In this document: positions 50,582-59,340 of the stretch, in pieces
Position numbering within the stretch: position 1 is the first letter of the stretch
Layout of the letters: each line of letters begins with the position of its first letter
NCBI GenBank assembly: GCA_964586315.1
Contig: CAZPHE010000002.1
Span: forward strand, 31,706-95,705
DNA: 64,000 nucleotides
Reading direction: 5' to 3'
DNA from: an uncultured bacterium
Lineage (GTDB): Bacteria > Fidelibacterota > Marinisomatia > Marinisomatales > UBA1611
Translations under genes and position numbers: made by a program
Notes under the pieces: generated by a model
Seen by the model: only the letters and a program-made list of their open reading frames with translations
What the model was told of the DNA's origin: nothing
Databases searched by the model: none

Positions 50582-52465
50582 ATGATACATCTTGAAGGTG
50601 TTTCAAAATCTTATCTTGATCAGTCATTATTTTCACAAGTAAATATCTCTATAAAATCTGGCATGCGCATTGGACTAATTGGTCCCAATGGATCGGGTAA
50701 AACTACTTTTCTAAAAATACTTCTAGGACAAGAAACTTATGATATTGGAAATATAAAAAAAGAAAAAAATATATCTATTGGTTATCTTCCTCAGGAGATC
50801 ATAGTTGGTCTCGATCGATCCATTCTTCAAGAAGTTTTAACTGCATTCCCTGAGATTAATAAAATTCAGAAAAAAATTGAGGTTTTATTAAAAAATTTAT
50901 CCAATGATTCAAAAAATATTGATTTAATAAACGAAATTGGTGAATTACAAAATCAATTTGAAGTTCTAGGTGGATGGTCCATAGAAAATAAGGCAAAAAT
51001 TATTTTGTCTGGACTTGGGTTTTCAGAGAATGAATTCAAAAGACACATGGATACTTTTTCTGGAGGGTGGAGAATGCGAGTTGCCTTAGCTTCAATTCTT
51101 TTAAAAGATCCAGATATTATTTTTTTAGATGAACCGACTAATCATTTGGATTTAGATGCAACTATTTGGTTAGAAAACTTTTTAAAAAGTTGGAAAGGAG
51201 GAATGGTTGTAATTAGCCATGACAGGGAATTTCTTGATCAATCTGTAAATTATATATTTGAAATAAATTTTAAAAAAATTATAAAGTATCATGGAAATTA
51301 TTCGGAATATAAAAAAGAAAAAACCCTTAGGATGAGACAACATAAAAACGCATATAAAAATCAGCAAAAGATGATTAAAGATAACGAAAGATTTATTGAA
51401 AGATTTCGATATAAAAACACTAAAGCTAGCCAAGTGCAAAGCAGAATAAAAATGTTAGATAAACTTGACAAAATAGAACAGCCAGATATTGATAATAATT
51501 CTGTTAACTTAATTATTCCAAATCTGGAAAGATCACCCCTCAAATTAATTCAATTAAAAAATGCAGTAAAAAATTATACCAAAATAAATGTGTTTGAAAA
51601 ATTAAACATAGTAATTGAAAGAAATCAAAAGATTGGCTTGGTTGGTTATAATGGAGCCGGGAAATCAACCTTTTTAAAAATATTGGCTGGTGTTGAAAAT
51701 TTGACAAGTGGAAAGATAAAAATTGGAGAAGGAGTTACAATAGCGTATTATGCCCAAAATCAGCTGGATATATTAAAAATAAATGATACAGTGTTTGAAT
51801 CAATTATTAGAGTTTCAAGTAAATTAAATGAAAGCGAATTACGTACTTATTTGGGTGGATTTTTATTTTCAGGAGAAGATATAGAAAAAAAAGTTAAGGT
51901 ATTGTCAGGTGGTGAAAAAGCAAGATTAGCTTTGGCAAGAATTGTAATACAACCTTCCAGTTTATTATTACTAGATGAACCAACAAATCATTTAGATATG
52001 AGGTCAAGGCAAATTTTAGAAAGAGCTTTGAAAAACTTTAATGGATCAATAGTCTGTATATCACATGATCGCCATTTTTTGAATAGTGTGACAAGTATAA
52101 CTTATGAAGTGGGTAAGGGAGGTATCCGTATTTATGAAGGGAATTATCAATACTACGTATGGAAAAACCTTAATGCGTCTGATCAAAATATTTTGGGTGG
52201 ATCAATTAAAATACCAAACCACAAAAACAACAATAATTATGTAGAAAAAAAGAAAATCAGGAATCGATTAAATCAAATAAATAAACGTTTTAAAGAATTA
52301 GATAAAAAAATTAATACCGCCCGGGCGGTATTAAATAATCCAAATAATTCAGATAATTATATATTATTAGAAGAATCAATTGATAAAATAAAAATGTTAG
52401 AAGATGAATATTTAGAACTTCTAGATGAAAAGGAGTCTTTAAAAAAGAAAAATAAAATATTATAA
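50582..52465 (+). CDS. ABC-F family ATPase (two NBDs, no TM domain; translation-factor type)
   Basis: Walker A 'GPNGSGKTT' and 'GYNGAGKST'. Signatures 'FSGGWRMRVALA' and 'LSGGEKARLALA'. An inter-domain linker and a C-terminal coiled-coil tail are present. Confidence 0.9.
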   Translation: MIHLEGVSKSYLDQSLFSQVNISIKSGMRIGLIGPNGSGKTTFLKILLGQETYDIGNIKKEKNISIGYLPQEIIVGLDRSILQEVLTAFPEINKIQKKIEVLLKNLSNDSKNIDLINEIGELQNQFEVLGGWSIENKAKIILSGLGFSENEFKRHMDTFSGGWRMRVALASILLKDPDIIFLDEPTNHLDLDATIWLENFLKSWKGGMVVISHDREFLDQSVNYIFEINFKKIIKYHGNYSEYKKEKTLRMRQHKNAYKNQQKMIKDNERFIERFRYKNTKASQVQSRIKMLDKLDKIEQPDIDNNSVNLIIPNLERSPLKLIQLKNAVKNYTKINVFEKLNIVIERNQKIGLVGYNGAGKSTFLKILAGVENLTSGKIKIGEGVTIAYYAQNQLDILKINDTVFESIIRVSSKLNESELRTYLGGFLFSGEDIEKKVKVLSGGEKARLALARIVIQPSSLLLLDEPTNHLDMRSRQILERALKNFNGSIVCISHDRHFLNSVTSITYEVGKGGIRIYEGNYQYYVWKNLNASDQNILGGSIKIPNHKNNNNYVEKKKIRNRLNQINKRFKELDKKINTARAVLNNPNNSDNYILLEESIDKIKMLEDEYLELLDEKESLKKKNKIL

Positions 52466-52927
52466 TTAGATAGGAATTAAAGTTTGATTTCTATTATTAT
52501 AAAATAATATTAGATTGTAAATTAATTTAAAAATTGCCTTTACACCTTGGATGTATTGTAATTATTTAAAATAATTTACAATAAGACCATTTTAAATTTT
52601 TAAATCTTAGATGCTGATTATTCTTAATATACCCTCTATAAATATTAAAATTCAGATTTATTATATTTTAAAAATATTAAAATATAATTTCTCCCATTTA
52701 GTATTTAAATACTATTTACAGATATAATGATTATAAATAATAAATAAATAAATTTAGCTCATCTTTGTTTTTATTTTATATTTTAACGGAAATAACACAA
52801 TGTTGTAATTATAATCAATCCTTGTAAACAATAGTCTCGATACAATAAATTCAGGAAATTACTTTTCCCGGGGTAATACATGATGCGGAATCAATACATA
52901 TTAGTGGGTAAACCACTAAACCAATTA

Positions 52928-52948
52928 AATGGCTATATAATAGCCATT
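52928..52948. promoter_or_regulatory. 9-bp inverted repeat 30 nt upstream of the giant ORF start (candidate operator or 5'-UTR hairpin)
   Basis: 'AATGGCTAT ata ATAGCCATT': arms 52928-52936 and 52940-52948 are exact reverse complements. The function is inferred only. Confidence 0.3.
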
Positions 52949-52977
52949 CCTAAGTCCAATTATTTTAATTCAGAAAA

Positions 52978-55900
52978 ATGAGTAAAAAGCAAAAAGATAT
53001 TGTAATTATTGATGATTACAGAATTGTAAAAATTCTTAATAAAAATTTTACAAAAAAGATCCTAAAATCTTTTTCTGATCAGCCTAAAACAGCCACCGAA
53101 ATAGCGAATTCAATTTCATTCCCAAAAGAAAAAATTTATTATCACTTAAAAAATCTCCTAAGCAACAATATTCTTTTTATCAAAAAAACTGTAAAGGTAA
53201 AAGGTATAGAACAAAAATATTTTTTACCTACCGGAAAATCTTTTCAAATAAAAAGTAATAATAATGAACCTTATGTTTCAAATGAAATAAATAACCAAGT
53301 TCAATTGGAAAAAGAAAATCAGGAAAAAATAAATAATACAATTGAAAATAAAAATTTAAGTCATAACCAACATGTAAGAAAAATTATTGATAGGAGAAGG
53401 AATACAAATCGAAGAACAATTCAAAGGAGATTTTTAAAACCCCGTCGTGGAAATCAAAACCAAAAATTTTTACGTAAAAACAAAAGAAAAAATTCTGAAA
53501 GAAGAATCAATGATGAAAATAGAATTAATAATAAAAGAAGAAAAGTCTCTGAACGTCGAACAAATTATGATTTTGGTGTTGATATCCCAAAGAAAAAGTA
53601 TAAACAAAAACGGTATAAACCATATCCCCCCCAAAAAATAACACATAAAAATTTATTACTTCAACTGAATGGTGTAAAAAATGCCATGACTTTTGTACAA
53701 TCTAATAATATAGTAACCTTTTTGTATTGTACCTTAAAACAAAATGGTTTTGAAATAATACATATTAACAATTATCGGTTACCTATAAAAATAAAAGGTC
53801 ACCAAATAAAAACTCTGCCTGAATTAATTATCAACATCTATAATCAATTTATAAATCCTAGATCAAAGAAGAAAACCTTTCTTGCCATCCAATCTGATAA
53901 TTATCAATGTGAAATGACCTATTTTATAGGTAAAGGTAAGAGCGATAAACTTTTTCGAAAAAACATAATGGAAACGTTAAATGAAGCTTACAGGGTAAAA
54001 AAGGAAAATAGCTTGATGGATTTTATTAGGTATTATGATGGTCAAAAAAATTCTACGGTATGCTATTCTTCAAAAAAATCACAGATAGAAGAAGACTATA
54101 AAAATCTAGATGCTGCAGGGATTCCTTTAAGGTATATAACTTCAATCCCTAAAATATTGAATAACATATACACCTACTATAATTTAGAAAAAAATAATAA
54201 AACATCACTCCTTATATATATAGGTCACATTAAAACACATACAGTGTTCACTTTTGGCGATAGAATAGTTGAATCCCGTGAAATTGATAAAGGACTTAAT
54301 TTTTTTACCGAACCTTTGGCCGAATTATCACTAACTAGGGTCATTCATGATCAGGCTTTGCATGAAGCAACACATTTTTTATCATATTATGGTTTAAGCC
54401 CAGAATCTTCAAACACAAATATTCAAGATGGATTCCCTTTTAAAAAGGCAAAAGCGATTATAAATCATTTATCCCTTAGTTTTCTCTATGATATAAAAGA
54501 CTCCATTCAATATTTTGAAAGCATTCTAATAAAAGAAAGGTATACTGAAAAACCAATTTCAAAAATTTTTATCACGGGCCCAGGAAGTCACATAAAATAT
54601 CTTGACAAGACAATAGAAGAAATGTTTCGTGTTTCTGTAAAGAATTTTTCTCAAATCTGTGATGCACTACTTAAGGGTAATAAAAATCTAAATGGACCTG
54701 TATATAACAGATTTAAAGAAAAATTTTTATATAGAAAACAAGAAAGTTCTGAATCAAGTTTAAAAGAATTAAAACAAAAAATAAAGAACCATGAAGATGC
54801 CATTGAATCAACACAGAGTCCTGAAAGCGCGAAGTACAGTTTAGCACGTTTAGAAATTGAAAAAAATTCTAAAATCAAATCTATTGATTCGGCTAGTAAA
54901 AATTTAAGCTCTACAGCCCAAGAATTTAAAGATCTGAAAGAGAAATATGTTAAAACACAAGAGACCTTAGGATCTGATCTAAAATCAATTAATTCCCAAG
55001 TTGAAAATCTTAGTGAAGAATTGATTTATAAGTATAGTCAATATGATGAGATCAATAAAAAAATATCAGAATTAGAATTTGAAATAGACCAAGAAAAGAA
55101 TAAGAAAGATAAAATTCAACGCGAAGAAAAAAATCGCTATGGATCACAAATTAAAGCTGTGGCACAATCTCGAGCAAAATTAACAGATGATAAAGATTAT
55201 ATTGAACAAGAAATTGATGAACTTGAATCTAGTATAATAAAATATCAAGATTTATTTCACCAAAAAAATTATAAAATACAAAATGGACAGGATGAGATCG
55301 CTGTATTTGAATATTTAAAAAGCTCAATACAAAATGTTGCAAATATTTTTAAACGGTCTTTCCTAGTTCATTTAAAATCTTTAGAAGATCTTAATAAAGA
55401 TGATGTAAATACACTTCAAAAAGCTGGATATTTTATCACTAGTAATACAAAAAGGATTGATGAAATAAGAGAATCATTTAATGCTTTTATCTCTGGAGAG
55501 ACTAGTATTAATCCAGATCAAATGATAGATAATGAAAACGGAATCGCAATAAAGGAAAAATTGTTGGATATATTGAGCTTGGTTCAAAAGGCACCTGATG
55601 ACTTAATACATTTAAAAAATTTATCAACCACTATTGTAAAAATTAATGAAGATCAAAGTGATCTTAAAATGCAGAAGGAAAAACTCTCAAATCAAATAAT
55701 AAAATCAAAGAACAATATTAGAGAGAATCAGGGAACACGTTTTTCTATTAAAAGAGATATTGAAATCCATAAAGAAAGTTTAACAGAAAAAAGTAAGGAC
55801 AGGTCAGAAAGAATTGATGTACTGAATTATATTCGTGAGAGAATAGAGTTGAATGATGAATTTGATTATCATACAAAGCTTCTAAAAGAAATACAGCCTC

Positions 55901-58900
55901 AGAAAAATAAAAAGATAAAAAAATTAAAAAGTTTAAATAATCAAATTCAGGAAACCAAAGGCTCTATTAAAAGATTAGATCAATCATTTGAAGGATTAGA
56001 AATTGAAAATGCTGAAGTAAACCACTCTTGCCAAAAAAAGAAAAGAGACCTAAACGATCAAATCGAATTTTTCACAAAAGATACTGAACAAATAAAAAAC
56101 AAATTCAATGATAATGTAGATAAAGGAGATGCAATATCTATAGAAATCTCTAATGGGAAAACTTATATAGATCAATTAGAAAAACACTGTGTAAATAAAA
56201 AAGTAGAATTGGAAGATCTAAATCAAAAAAAGGTGCCAATTGTTAATAAATCCATAGAAGATAAGAAGCAAATAATTAAGGCATATGAAAAGAAATTAAA
56301 AATTTTAGATAGAGAACAAAATCAAAAAACATCTAAGGCTCAAAAAACTAAAAAGATCACAATTAAAGCCTTTTTTAAAAAAGAATTAGAAATGCTTAAA
56401 AAGGATTACAAAAACCTCGAAAAAAGTATTGATAAAATTAAGAAAGAGAAAGAAAAGGCATTACTTGAAAAGAATAATGCCACTGTATCCTTAGGTAATA
56501 TTAAAAAGAAAAAAATACCTCAGATAACATTATTGAAAAAACAAATAAAGAATTGGGAGATAGATATCAAGCGCGGACGAAGAATCCAAGAAAGATTAGA
56601 TCAACTTGAAATTAAAAAAGCACATTGGGATCAATTATTAGAAACTGAACAAAAAAATCATACAGAACAAATTGAATCTTTAGAAAAAAGTATAAATAGG
56701 AAGAGTTCTGATCAATATCTTGGTTTTCTGAAGGATGGTTTAAATCGTTTTAATAATGATGGTAATTTAGATGAGATTGCAAAAAAAATGTCACAAGAGA
56801 GTATCGATCTAGATCTTGAAACAATAAATAAGCTCAATATCAATTTTAAAAAATTCAAACAAACACATAATACATTTTTGAAAGGGTATAAAAAAAGAAG
56901 CAAAGAAATTTTACTAAAGCTAAAACCTTTTGGTGGAAAGAAAAAAATAATCCTAGCAAAAATTAAGAGCGCAAAAGATAAGCTTAGAAGCGCAGAATCT
57001 TTAATGCAGGAATATGTTAATAGACTGAATAAAAAGGTTAAAATTTTAAATGAAAAGAGAGAGATATTTTTAGAAAAAAAAGAAAATGCACGATCAAAGA
57101 TTGCAGATATCAAATTACAAATAAGACAAATTCCTGAAAAGGAGAACCGTGCAATTATTGATGTTGAAAAACAGTTAGTACAAATACCATTAGATATTGC
57201 TAAAGATAAAATGAATTTGGAAAATCAAAAGAAAGAAGATTTATTAGCAGTTGATATTTGGTTAGCGAATCAAGATAATATGTTAGACATTAATAAAGCA
57301 GAAGACAAGATTGTGTATTATTTTAATGAAATCGAAAAAAATAATAGAAAAATTGAAGAACTGAAAAACAAACAGAAAAAAATACTAGGTACAAAATTGT
57401 CCTTAGAGAAAGAGTTAGAAAGCATATCAAAAAAAATTACAGCTTGTCATTCAATGGGTAATGAAATTGAAGAACAATTCAAAGTAGATAGTTCTGAATT
57501 AAAAGAAAAGATTGCTAACAACAGAGGAGAATATGCTGCTTTTGAAAAACAACTTGACGAATTGAAGAATCAAAAAGAAAATTTAGAACTTGATATTGAA
57601 AAGATAGAAAAAGAATTCAAAACATCAGATGTTATTGTAAAAAAGACAAAAAAAGATATCTCTAACCATGAACAGATCTCCGATAGTATTAATATAAATA
57701 ATAATGAACACAAATCTAATCCGAGGGAATATCGGGAATATCTATCTGAAGTTGAAAAAGATATATTAAATGATATAGAACATTCAGAAAAAATGATCAC
57801 AGAAATAAATCGTGCTTTAGACACAATGGATAATGATATATCAATTCTCAATAGTACGATAAACTTGAATACAAATGATTTGGAATTGTATGAAAGAGAT
57901 TTTTCTAGAGTAGAGACATTGATCGAAAATAACAAACAACATCTAAAAAAAATATCCACAGAACACCAGAAATCATTAAATAGCATAGTAAGAATTAAAG
58001 ACTTATACCCACCAAGTAAGATTATGCTTAATGAACGTATATCTAATCTTTACACGCTAATAGAGTTAAAAGTAAAAGATAAGGATAATTTGGAACAGGA
58101 GCTTGACTCGTTAGATGAAAAACTGAAAAACAAAAGAATTGAAATAGCAATGATAGATCAGGAAATATCAAAAATTCATGAAGAAATGAAACATGCACTT
58201 GAATATTCATTTCATGAAAAAGATGAAGAATCTGTAGAGAATAAATGGAAGTGGGAAATTGGGAATTATAAAATGAAGACCTATCTTGATATCGCAACTC
58301 TTAAAACAGATTCTAAAGATTTATATTGCCAGATTACAGAAGCCGAAGAGACAATAGCAGAATTAAAACAGAAACAATCATCCGTTAATAATCTCCTTTC
58401 TGAATCTGAAAAAATAAATCTTAATAAAATAAAAAAGATGGAAGATACTTGTACACGATTAGAGCTTCAAATAACACGAGAAAAGAATGAATTGAATGAA
58501 ATTGAAAAAAAGGTAAATCAGTTAGAGAATTTGCCCATCAACTATGGTAATCGGATCGAAGCTCTTAAAGTAGAACTAAGGAATTTTAAAGATCAGGAAG
58601 CGGAGTATGAATTATTGCTGAATGACTTAGGTAGATCAATAGAATCTATAGAAAAGGAGTCAGATAAAATTATTAAAAGTCGTAACACGATTAAAGATAA
58701 TACAATAGATCTTGATTACATGGCGAATCTTGGTTTATTGATGGACCCATATTCAAAACTAAATCTCTTGCCGGATACACCTAAGAAAGACTTTAACTAT
58801 TTTAGATCAAATCAAATTTTTCAAAGAGCCATACTTATTTTAGTAACAGTTTTTTCTCTAGGAGCGTTTGCCCATCGGACTGAAATAAAGCCATTGAAGA

Positions 58901-59334
58901 CCCAACTGCCAATAAAGCAATCTGAGCTAACTCTTCTGAATATGCGTCAAAAAATGAAAGAAGTTGTCAAAAATAAAAATGTGCTTTCCAACAATTTCAG
59001 CAAGTTTATATACGATGATGAAAAAATATCTTCTGATATAGTCTCTTTATTGAAATATCTTAGTAAAAATATACCGAAGAATTATAAAGTAATTAATTTA
59101 ACTATTGACAAAAATAAGCCGGATTTTCTCGATGAAAGTACTGATTATGAATTTTCCAGTTTAAATATTACTCTAAATGGGTTTTTCGAAAACAGTTTAG
59201 AAAAATCATCCAGATTAGCCAACAAATTAAAAACATCCTTAGAAGAAAGTAATTTGTTTAAAAGTGTTGCTTTGAGTCATGGGAAAAAACAAAAAAAATT
59301 AAAAACGGAATACACTATCCAATTAGTTTATTAG
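52978..59334 (+). CDS. giant (2118 aa) fusion protein: wHTH, Arg-doublet repeat, PilM-like actin-fold domain, ~1350-aa coiled coil, TM helix and PilN-like periplasmic domain
   Basis: One uninterrupted 6357-nt ORF. The segment-by-segment motif reading is given in the sub-features. It heads a PilO-like, PilP-like and secretin gene series. Confidence 0.75.
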   Translation: MSKKQKDIVIIDDYRIVKILNKNFTKKILKSFSDQPKTATEIANSISFPKEKIYYHLKNLLSNNILFIKKTVKVKGIEQKYFLPTGKSFQIKSNNNEPYVSNEINNQVQLEKENQEKINNTIENKNLSHNQHVRKIIDRRRNTNRRTIQRRFLKPRRGNQNQKFLRKNKRKNSERRINDENRINNKRRKVSERRTNYDFGVDIPKKKYKQKRYKPYPPQKITHKNLLLQLNGVKNAMTFVQSNNIVTFLYCTLKQNGFEIIHINNYRLPIKIKGHQIKTLPELIINIYNQFINPRSKKKTFLAIQSDNYQCEMTYFIGKGKSDKLFRKNIMETLNEAYRVKKENSLMDFIRYYDGQKNSTVCYSSKKSQIEEDYKNLDAAGIPLRYITSIPKILNNIYTYYNLEKNNKTSLLIYIGHIKTHTVFTFGDRIVESREIDKGLNFFTEPLAELSLTRVIHDQALHEATHFLSYYGLSPESSNTNIQDGFPFKKAKAIINHLSLSFLYDIKDSIQYFESILIKERYTEKPISKIFITGPGSHIKYLDKTIEEMFRVSVKNFSQICDALLKGNKNLNGPVYNRFKEKFLYRKQESSESSLKELKQKIKNHEDAIESTQSPESAKYSLARLEIEKNSKIKSIDSASKNLSSTAQEFKDLKEKYVKTQETLGSDLKSINSQVENLSEELIYKYSQYDEINKKISELEFEIDQEKNKKDKIQREEKNRYGSQIKAVAQSRAKLTDDKDYIEQEIDELESSIIKYQDLFHQKNYKIQNGQDEIAVFEYLKSSIQNVANIFKRSFLVHLKSLEDLNKDDVNTLQKAGYFITSNTKRIDEIRESFNAFISGETSINPDQMIDNENGIAIKEKLLDILSLVQKAPDDLIHLKNLSTTIVKINEDQSDLKMQKEKLSNQIIKSKNNIRENQGTRFSIKRDIEIHKESLTEKSKDRSERIDVLNYIRERIELNDEFDYHTKLLKEIQPQKNKKIKKLKSLNNQIQETKGSIKRLDQSFEGLEIENAEVNHSCQKKKRDLNDQIEFFTKDTEQIKNKFNDNVDKGDAISIEISNGKTYIDQLEKHCVNKKVELEDLNQKKVPIVNKSIEDKKQIIKAYEKKLKILDREQNQKTSKAQKTKKITIKAFFKKELEMLKKDYKNLEKSIDKIKKEKEKALLEKNNATVSLGNIKKKKIPQITLLKKQIKNWEIDIKRGRRIQERLDQLEIKKAHWDQLLETEQKNHTEQIESLEKSINRKSSDQYLGFLKDGLNRFNNDGNLDEIAKKMSQESIDLDLETINKLNINFKKFKQTHNTFLKGYKKRSKEILLKLKPFGGKKKIILAKIKSAKDKLRSAESLMQEYVNRLNKKVKILNEKREIFLEKKENARSKIADIKLQIRQIPEKENRAIIDVEKQLVQIPLDIAKDKMNLENQKKEDLLAVDIWLANQDNMLDINKAEDKIVYYFNEIEKNNRKIEELKNKQKKILGTKLSLEKELESISKKITACHSMGNEIEEQFKVDSSELKEKIANNRGEYAAFEKQLDELKNQKENLELDIEKIEKEFKTSDVIVKKTKKDISNHEQISDSININNNEHKSNPREYREYLSEVEKDILNDIEHSEKMITEINRALDTMDNDISILNSTINLNTNDLELYERDFSRVETLIENNKQHLKKISTEHQKSLNSIVRIKDLYPPSKIMLNERISNLYTLIELKVKDKDNLEQELDSLDEKLKNKRIEIAMIDQEISKIHEEMKHALEYSFHEKDEESVENKWKWEIGNYKMKTYLDIATLKTDSKDLYCQITEAEETIAELKQKQSSVNNLLSESEKINLNKIKKMEDTCTRLELQITREKNELNEIEKKVNQLENLPINYGNRIEALKVELRNFKDQEAEYELLLNDLGRSIESIEKESDKIIKSRNTIKDNTIDLDYMANLGLLMDPYSKLNLLPDTPKKDFNYFRSNQIFQRAILILVTVFSLGAFAHRTEIKPLKTQLPIKQSELTLLNMRQKMKEVVKNKNVLSNNFSKFIYDDEKISSDIVSLLKYLSKNIPKNYKVINLTIDKNKPDFLDESTDYEFSSLNITLNGFFENSLEKSSRLANKLKTSLEESNLFKSVALSHGKKQKKLKTEYTIQLVY
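53005..53247 (+). other. winged-helix (ArsR/MarR-like) DNA-binding-type domain of the giant protein (aa ~10-90)
   Basis: 'IVKILNKNFTKKILKSFSDQPKTATEIANSISFPKEKIYYHLKNLLSNNILFIKKTVKVKGIEQKYFLPTG' has the helix-turn-helix plus beta-wing pattern of ArsR-type wHTH domains. Confidence 0.55.
53374..53559 (+). other. Arg-doublet repeat region of the giant protein (aa 133-194)
   Basis: 'RKIIDRRRNTNRRTIQRRFLKPRRGNQNQKFLRKNKRKNSERRINDENRINNKRRKVSERR': RR doublets spaced 3-5 residues apart. Confidence 0.7.
53641..54657 (+). other. PilM-like (actin/HSP70-fold) domain with degenerate nucleotide-binding motifs (aa ~222-560)
   Basis: Colinear with PilM blocks. 'AMTFVQSNNIVTFLYCTLKQNGFEIIHINNYRLP' corresponds to the 'GIDISSTSVK' region. 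'LLIYIGHIKTHTVFTFGDRIVESREIDKGLNFF' corresponds to 'VVDIGATMTTL...GG..LT'. 'KIFITGPGSHIKYLDKTIEEMF' corresponds to 'IVLAGGTA'. Confidence 0.6.
54745..58740 (+). other. ~1330-residue K/E/N/I/L-rich predicted coiled coil (aa ~590-1921)
   Basis: Heptad-like charged/hydrophobic periodicity and sparse Pro/Gly by eye. One candidate break, 'LKPFGGKKK', lies near aa 1317. Confidence 0.6.
58741..59334 (+). other. pilN: complete PilN-like module (aa 1922-2118): Met, 'LNLLP' peptide, TM helix and periplasmic domain
   Basis: 'MDPYSKLNLLPDTPKKDFNYFRSNQIFQRAILILVTVFSLGAFA' contains the PilN-type N-terminal [IL]NLLP motif (nt 58759-58773) and a TM helix (nt 58828-58872). The 197-aa length equals a typical free-standing PilN. 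Confidence 0.65.
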
Positions 59335-59340
59335 GAAATT

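Noticed and set aside
54651-58297. Antisense ORFs within the giant gene (54651-54878, 56712-57113, 57570-57986, 58043-58297), plus the plus-strand ORF at 53447-53641 in another frame.
   Set aside because: Their F/L/S/I-rich translations are the mirror image of the K/E/N-rich coiled-coil codons (AAA/GAA read as TTT/TTC). No independent start signals are present.
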